The position numbers and the translations under genes were made by a program. From Nitrososphaeria archaeon (GTDB taxonomy: Archaea; Thermoproteota; Nitrososphaeria; Nitrososphaerales; JAAOZN01), in NCBI GenBank assembly GCA_029775855.1, contig JARVJZ010000005.1, positions 71,807-135,806 on the forward strand: DNA of 64,000 bases. The letters run 5' to 3'. This document shows positions 58,644-64,000 of the stretch, piece after piece. A model generated the notes under the pieces. It saw only the letters and a list, made by a program, of their open reading frames with translations. It searched no databases and had not been told where the DNA came from. The first letter of the stretch is position 1. Every line of letters begins with the position of its first letter.

Positions 58644-59408
58644 CTAGATTACACCTTCTTTCTTCACAGCCTCAGCCAGCTTCTGCGCAGCTTCAGCAGG
58701 TTTCTCCTTGAATACAATTCTTTTTCTGGTAATCCTTGGTATCTCCATCCTAAGCGCCTCTAAGGTTGCAGGCACCTCTGCTAACACATCTTTAATCTGC
58801 CATTCAACAAGGGGTTTCTTACCAGCAGCCATCACTTGCATCAGCGTAGGAACCTTCGGCTCATTAATCTCCCTCGTAACTGTTATCAAAACTGGGCAAG
58901 TCGCTTCGCACACCTCAGTTTCTTCTTCAAGGGAGCGCTCCACCTTAACCTTGCCGTCGCTTACATCGATCTTCTTCACATATGTGAGTTGAGGCAAGCC
59001 TAAGATCTCAGCCAGCATAGGCCCAACTTGCCCGGCCAGATTATCCGTGGACGCTGAGCCGCATAAGATTAAGTCGAACTTCCCTATCTTCTTAACCGCC
59101 TCTGCCAAGAGTTTAGCTGTTCTGTAGGTGTCTTGGCTTCTACTTTCGCTGTCTAAGATCAGATATGCTTTATCACAGCCCATAGCTAGCGCTTCCCTAA
59201 CCTGCTTTCTCGATTCAGTTGAGCCTAGGGTTAGAGCTGTTACAGTACCTCCTACCTTCTGCTTGATTCTCACCGCTTCCTCTATGGCGTTCTTGTCGTC
59301 GTCGCTTATCTTAGTCGGCACACCTTCGAAGATGAGTCTACCACCTTCTCTGTCAACCCTTATCTCAGTCTCCTCTACAACCTGCTTAAAGCAGACTAGT
59401 ATCTCCAT
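58644..59408 (-). CDS. etfB: electron transfer flavoprotein beta subunit
   Basis: VC.KQV, D.NA.EEA, ALAMG.D, D...GQVG and INEP motifs. Confidence 0.94.
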   Translation of the reverse strand: MEILVCFKQVVEETEIRVDREGGRLIFEGVPTKISDDDKNAIEEAVRIKQKVGGTVTALTLGSTESRKQVREALAMGCDKAYLILDSESRSQDTYRTAKLLAEAVKKIGKFDLILCGSASTDNLAGQVGPMLAEILGLPQLTYVKKIDVSDGKVKVERSLEEETEVCEATCPVLITVTREINEPKVPTLMQVMAAGKKPLVEWQIKDVLAEVPATLEALRMEIPRITRKRIVFKEKPAEAAQKLAEAVKKEGVI

Positions 59409-59506
59409 CTCCTACGCACAACACTACCCTATATCTATCTACTTTATTTGATTAACTTAGGAGATTAAAAGCCTAATGAGCTGAGGAGCACGCTAACTTT
59501 ATTTAG

Positions 59507-60127
59507 TTGATTAAAGGCGAAAACTCTGATTTGGAAGAAACATTTAAACCTCATCCAAAGATGGTTCTGCTTTACCAAATTTACCTCGCTCTGGTAGTCG
59601 CGCCTCTTGCGTTGTGCGGTGTAGTAGCAAGTTTGCTGGTTTACTTATTTGAACCCCCGTATCTTTTTATTCCACTTCTAGTTTTCTTCGCGCCAATTAT
59701 AGCGGCAAGCTGCTTCATCCTCTACTGGTCTCCCAGATACTATAAATCAATAAGCTATAGGCTTACAAGCGATGAGGTCGTGGTAGAGAGAGGTGTCTGG
59801 TGGAGATTTAAGCACACAGTACCATATGCTAGGATAATGTCTGTAGATGTTGTTCAAGGGCCAATCTCAAGAAAACTCGGCATAGCGACAGTTGATACTC
59901 ACACCGCTGGATACACAGGTGTTTCAGGAGGCACAGCCGGTCCAGGTAGCAGAAGAGCTGAAGCATCTATTATACACATCTCAAACTACGCTGAGGTAAG
60001 AGAGAAGGTTCTATCAGTGGTTAGAGGTAGACCCCTATTTGCAACCACTATAAGCACTGTTTCTGAAGATATGCTGGCTGAACTGCGTCGAATTAGGGAG
60101 CTCTTAGAGAAGCAGATGAAATCCTAG
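59507..60127 (+). CDS. YdbS-like membrane protein with bacterial PH (bPH_2) domain
   Basis: Two TM helices followed by RG.W......VPY.RI..VD..QGP..R..G...V...TAG. Confidence 0.82.
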   Translation: MIKGENSDLEETFKPHPKMVLLYQIYLALVVAPLALCGVVASLLVYLFEPPYLFIPLLVFFAPIIAASCFILYWSPRYYKSISYRLTSDEVVVERGVWWRFKHTVPYARIMSVDVVQGPISRKLGIATVDTHTAGYTGVSGGTAGPGSRRAEASIIHISNYAEVREKVLSVVRGRPLFATTISTVSEDMLAELRRIRELLEKQMKS

Positions 60128-60154
60128 CGCTCTAAGGCTGCTCTGAAACAATAT

Positions 60155-60505
60155 CTACACTTTAGGTTTGCTGTCAGCTCTTGATAGGATTATCCTATCG
60201 CTTTCAAGTTTGCGCCTCTTCTCTTCAATTCTCGTCTAATTTCAATGATCTTCTGGCTTGAGTTGTCTAAGATTATCTTACCTTCAAGTAGCGGTTCACT
60301 AATATTGACTAATTCAGATTATCAGTTGATTCACCTCTTTTTACATTAAAGACGTTTACTGTAAGCCCTCTTGACTTAACGGGCTTATCCTCATATATGG
60401 CTAAGAGATCGTGTCGCTCAGAAGATTGTGTTTAGATGTAAGGAGGTTCTCATACGCTTTCTTCGAAGCTTCATCTAACCTACGCAAGCGCTCTACTACA
60501 TTCAT
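60155..60505 (-). pseudogene. degraded minimal nucleotidyltransferase (MNT) antitoxin
   Basis: Fragments in different frames: MNVVERLRRLDEASKKAYENL; S-D-(frameshift)-DLLAIYED near 60402-60418; LLEGKIILDN...IRRELKRRGA. Internal stops; no GS motif found. Confidence 0.55.
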
Positions 60506-60853
60506 CAACTACCGTCTTTGCAGTTTCGTATGCTCTTTCAGATTCATCAAGGCTGTAGCTGCTTATTCTCGCATTAGGGTTGCGGGCTTGAAGGTAGTGG
60601 TCTTCGAGCTCTTCAAGCCTCTCTTTATCTGGTAGATTTAGGTTCTTCAACGCGGATGATTCACTAGCTAGCTTAACGACGGAATATGTAAGAAGAAGGG
60701 CAGCAGCGAGTGTAATTAGCACACTTTTAAGAGTTGCTCCGCTGCTTGTTGTGAGTGAAAGCAGCTCAGTGAGTATATGCCGTTGTTTAGAGCGATTGCT
60801 AGTTGTAGATGCTCCCTAGCCTTATCAAGCCAGCGGAGTCCTTCTCTAACCAT
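60480..60853 (-). pseudogene. frameshifted HEPN-domain toxin
   Basis: ATG 60853 gives MVREGLRWLDKAREHL...GIYSLSCFHSQQAAEQLLK then a stop. After a frameshift near 60720 the reading continues ...LEDHYLQARNPN...YSLDESERAYETAK. Confidence 0.75.
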
Positions 60854-60956
60854 ACCAAAGTTTGTATATTTGCAGATATATATTAAGTTGGGTTGTTGAT
60901 TGTTATGTGAGTTTATGTAACGCGAAGGAGAAAATATTTATTTTGTTGAGTAGTAG

Positions 60957-61904
60957 TTGTGTTCGATGCTCTTTTTAGATAGAGCTGAGATGGATAAAAG
61001 GTTTCGGGTTTTAAGGCAAGAGCTCCTTCAACGACCTATATCTGATGAGTTGAGGGGTTGGAATTATGGAAATCCTCCTGTTAAGCCTATTTCAGCAAGC
61101 TTAAGGTTTGGTGTTGGTGAGCTCGCAAGTCGGTATTGTGAGACGCTAAGAGATATCTATTTGAAGAGGGTGTTGGGGGTTAAGCCTCCTCCTAGCTATA
61201 AGATGATTAGGGGAGTTGCGTTTCACGAAGTTATGAAGACTGCGCTGTTTGATATGAAGCGTTTCATCTATGACCACGCGGATAGTTGTGGTAAAGAGAT
61301 GTTGGTCAACTTGCTTCCAAGATCTGAGAGCGTTGGGTCTGGAGCGTTGGCTAAGGCTGAATCGGTCTTAGGAGGTAAACTCGACGAATATGAGGCGAAC
61401 CTCACTAAGCTGGGCTGCGCTAACCTCTATGAGTTCCTAATAGTGCAAGGAGCAGCGGCGTTAGACCGAACCTTATCAAAATACCCTCATGCTGAGTCTG
61501 ATTCCATAGTAAATGTAGCTGTTCCTCCTGTTAGTGAGAGGAAGGTAGATGGCTCTCTAGTAGGTTTGTCAACAGAGTTGAGTGTGGACATATACACACC
61601 CTTTAACGCTATAGCTGATGTTAAGACTGGTGAGGTTAGAAGTTTCCATCCACTAACTTTAGCTGGTTATGCCTTGGCTATTGAGAGTGATGAGGGCATA
61701 TCGATAGACTTTGGCTTCATCATATATATTAGAGTTGATAAAAAGGTGCCTTCCTTCGCAATTAAGCATCTTATTGTCGGTGAAGAATACAGAAGAGAGT
61801 TTTTGGAGGTTAGAGATGAAGCCCATAGCATTATCAGCTCTGGAAAGGATCCTGGGAAGCCTAGCAGATGCCCTAATTTCTGCCCATACTATGGTGTGTG
61901 CTAG
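60957..61904 (+). CDS. csa1: type I-A CRISPR-associated Csa1 (Cas4-like)
   Basis: ELRGWNY..PPV.P, YC.T.RD.YL, VDGS.VGLS, LAGYALA.E motifs and C-terminal C...CPY...C. Confidence 0.9.
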   Translation: MCSMLFLDRAEMDKRFRVLRQELLQRPISDELRGWNYGNPPVKPISASLRFGVGELASRYCETLRDIYLKRVLGVKPPPSYKMIRGVAFHEVMKTALFDMKRFIYDHADSCGKEMLVNLLPRSESVGSGALAKAESVLGGKLDEYEANLTKLGCANLYEFLIVQGAAALDRTLSKYPHAESDSIVNVAVPPVSERKVDGSLVGLSTELSVDIYTPFNAIADVKTGEVRSFHPLTLAGYALAIESDEGISIDFGFIIYIRVDKKVPSFAIKHLIVGEEYRREFLEVRDEAHSIISSGKDPGKPSRCPNFCPYYGVC

Positions 61905-61916
61905 GTTGGTGTATGT

Positions 61917-62927
61917 TTGAGGCTGGTAGTGAATGAGCCAGGGTTATTTGTGGGAACAAGGGGTGGTATGATAACTGTTCAGAAGAAGGGGGAGAGGGTG
62001 CTTGAGGTGCCTGTTGCTAAGGTTGATGCTGTAGTGGTCTTAACTAGGGGTGCTTCTTTCTCCTCAGCTTTAATGAGACTGCTTTCAAAGCATAATGTGC
62101 CCTTAGTGTTTTATTCATCACATGGTCTGCCTCTGTTAGTTTGTAGAGGTTTGACTGCTGGGAGTGTGATGCTGAGGAAGAAGCAGTATGAGGCTCAAGG
62201 GAAAGTGGTGGGGTTAAAGCTAGCTAAACTCTTTGCAGCCGGTAAGATGTTTAACCAGTCTAGTCTACTTTACTCTATGGCTAGGAATAGAGAGGTTAGC
62301 GACCCTCCTCTAGCCAAGCTTCTTCACGAAGCTGTAAGAAGTGTTAGAAGTGTTCTGAGAAGGCTCGAGGAGTTGTGCTGCGAGGATGGAGCTGATAAGG
62401 TTAGAGAAGAGATTCTTAGGTTAGAAGCTGAGGCAGCTAGGGTCTACTGGGATGGCGTTAGGCAAGCTCTGCTTAAGGTCGTGGATTTTCCTGGTAGGAG
62501 AAAGAGGTTTGAAGACCCATCTGACCCTGTAAATGTTTCGTTAAACTACCTTTATAGAGTGTTGGCTGGTGAATGTTACCTTAATGTTGAGATATGCGGG
62601 TTAGATCCATATGCAGGCTTCCTCCACACCGATAGCCCAAGGAGACCAGCGCTTGTTATGGACCTTATGGAGGAGTTTAGGCAGCAGGTTGTGGATAGGG
62701 TGGTCTTTAGGCTTGCTTTTGAGAGGAAGTTGAGTGATGTGCTTGAGGGTAGGTGGCTGAAGAGGGATGCTAGGATGATACTCTATAGAGCATTTGCTGA
62801 GAGGCTTAATACGAGCGTAACGTTTAGTGAGAGGAGCCTACCTATATCTGAGCATATGCTTCTTCAAACTAGGAGGGTTGCTGAGCATATTATGGGTAGG
62901 TTTGAGTATGTACCTTTTACGCTTTAG
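61917..62927 (+). CDS. cas1: CRISPR-associated endonuclease Cas1
   Basis: EA.AAR.YW, D.VN..LNY.Y, GLDPY.GFLH and DLMEEFR..VVD motifs. Confidence 0.96.
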   Translation: MRLVVNEPGLFVGTRGGMITVQKKGERVLEVPVAKVDAVVVLTRGASFSSALMRLLSKHNVPLVFYSSHGLPLLVCRGLTAGSVMLRKKQYEAQGKVVGLKLAKLFAAGKMFNQSSLLYSMARNREVSDPPLAKLLHEAVRSVRSVLRRLEELCCEDGADKVREEILRLEAEAARVYWDGVRQALLKVVDFPGRRKRFEDPSDPVNVSLNYLYRVLAGECYLNVEICGLDPYAGFLHTDSPRRPALVMDLMEEFRQQVVDRVVFRLAFERKLSDVLEGRWLKRDARMILYRAFAERLNTSVTFSERSLPISEHMLLQTRRVAEHIMGRFEYVPFTL

Positions 62928-62929
62928 GT

Positions 62930-63205
62930 ATGTTCACTTTAGTCATTTATGACATAAGTGATGATGAGTTGAGGATGAAGGTTGCCCAAGCGTGTAAGAG
63001 GTTTGGGCTTGTTAGGGTGCAGAAGAGCGCCTTCTCTGGTAGGATAAGAAGTTCTCTTAGGAAAGAGTTGATAGCGGTGTTAAACGCTCTTGTGAAGGAT
63101 ACTGAGGATAATATCCAGGTGTATGTGGTGTGTGAGCCGGATCTCTCTTTGAAGGTAGAGTTGGGTAAACCGTTTGCTGGTGAGGATAGTGATATGCTTG
63201 TCTGA
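62930..63205 (+). CDS. cas2: CRISPR-associated Cas2
   Basis: LVIYDISDD..R and GL.RVQKSAF.G motifs. Confidence 0.96.
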   Translation: MFTLVIYDISDDELRMKVAQACKRFGLVRVQKSAFSGRIRSSLRKELIAVLNALVKDTEDNIQVYVVCEPDLSLKVELGKPFAGEDSDMLV

Positions 63206-63794
63206 AGATGATGAGCTATCCCTGATACCTGTGAAGTGGATTGAGGAGTATCACTACTGCCCCAGAATCATCTACTTTATGGGTGTTCTTGGTTTAAGTG
63301 AGAGGGAGACTGCTTTGATGGTTGAGGGTAGGGAGGCTGAGGAGGCTGAAGAGGAGAGGGAATCAAGGAGAAGCACACTGCTCGCAAAGAGGAAGGAGAA
63401 GGTTCTAGGTAGATGGCAGAGGTTGAGGGTCTGCTCAACAAGCTTAGGGTTGGTTGGCGTAATAGACTTAGTGGTCAAGACTGAAAGCGGGTTAAAAGTC
63501 ATCGAAATTAAGAACACTGGGGCGCGTAGGCTATCATCTGGCTATCTCTACCAAGCTGTTGCATATGGGATGCTGGCTGAAGAGGCGCTGAAGCAGCCTC
63601 TGAGGAGTGTGATAATACACCATCTTAAAGGCGGCGAAACCTTTGAAGTTGATGTTTCTGACGCGCTTAGAGCGCATGTTAAATGGACGGTCAAGAGGAT
63701 AAGAAGCATACTCTCTAAAGCTGAGATGCCGAAAGCCACGAGGGTAAAGGAGTGCTGGGGATGCGGATACCTTAAAGTATGCAAGCGCCTCTAA
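63198..63794 (+). CDS. cas4: CRISPR-associated Cas4
   Basis: YCPR..YF, G.ID, EIK, Q..AY and C..C.Y...C motifs. Start set at TTG 63198. Confidence 0.93.
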   Translation: MSEDDELSLIPVKWIEEYHYCPRIIYFMGVLGLSERETALMVEGREAEEAEEERESRRSTLLAKRKEKVLGRWQRLRVCSTSLGLVGVIDLVVKTESGLKVIEIKNTGARRLSSGYLYQAVAYGMLAEEALKQPLRSVIIHHLKGGETFEVDVSDALRAHVKWTVKRIRSILSKAEMPKATRVKECWGCGYLKVCKRL

Positions 63795-63937
63795 ATAAGC
63801 ACTACTACTTACTTTAGGGTAGGTTTTCCGCTACCCCTTTATATAGTGTGGTGCAAGATGGGGGGTAGCGCCGCAACCAACAGCAGAAAGCCTTAAATCG
63901 AACCCAAAACCATATAATGGAGCGAGAAAAAGGGTCG
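63795..63937 (+). promoter_or_regulatory. CRISPR leader
   Basis: Non-coding segment between cas4 and the first repeat, with a BRE/TATA-like GAAAGCCTTAAAT near 63886-63898. Confidence 0.6.
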
Positions 63938-64000
63938 GAATCTCACATAGAGAATTGAAAGCAGAAATGTTTATATCCACATGTTGCGTCTAATATGGTT
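63938..64000 (+). CRISPR. first repeat and first spacer of a CRISPR array running off the window
   Basis: GAATCTCACATAGAGAATTGAAAG (63938-63961) has the ATTGAAAG end typical of archaeal repeats and is followed by 39 nt of unique sequence. Only one copy is visible. Confidence 0.7.

Noticed and set aside
60181-60240. CTTTCAAG / CTTCAATTCTC resembling reverse-complement CRISPR repeat ends
   Set aside because: Only partial matches at non-array spacing, and explained by MNT-remnant coding sequence.
60411-60635. 74-aa plus-strand ORF in the gap before csa1
   Set aside because: Antisense to the HEPN/MNT remnants and has no motif.
60480-60722. 80-aa ORF that looks like a secreted protein with a signal peptide
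   Set aside because: It is the C-terminal half of the frameshifted HEPN gene.
1-64000. tRNA, rRNA, IS elements, integrases, proviruses
   Set aside because: None recognised by eye; tRNAscan-SE/Infernal were not run, so small RNAs could have been missed.

Overview
Gene-dense 64 kb segment of an archaeal chromosome. A single-chain type IB topoisomerase, archaeal-type information genes and a short eL15 point to a deep-branching Nitrososphaerota/Aigarchaeota-like lineage (inference); TTG starts are very frequent. Housekeeping blocks: a porDABG-type 2-oxoacid:ferredoxin oxidoreductase with an aminotransferase; kae1-bud32-rdgB-rps15-recJ-pcc1-serS-rps3ae; the uL22-to-secY ribosomal operon (including a uS14 gene missing from the ORF track); nadC-nadX-nadA; rps2-MEMO1-mvk-ipk-fni; topIB-priL-priS-gins; etfBA-pdaD. 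Accessory blocks: an iron/redox region (dodecin, Dps-like protein, HTH-ferritin fusion regulator divergent from FTR1, SufR-like regulator, flavodoxin), a decayed HEPN-MNT pair, and a type I-A adaptation module (csa1-cas1-cas2-cas4) followed by a leader and the first CRISPR repeat at the window edge. The most striking anomaly is priS: its conserved N-terminus has no ATG/GTG/TTG and overlaps the priL end in the -1 frame across an A4G6 run. This implies an ACG start, a recoded PriL-PriS fusion, or a sequence error. All calls come from reading motifs by eye; no database searches were run.
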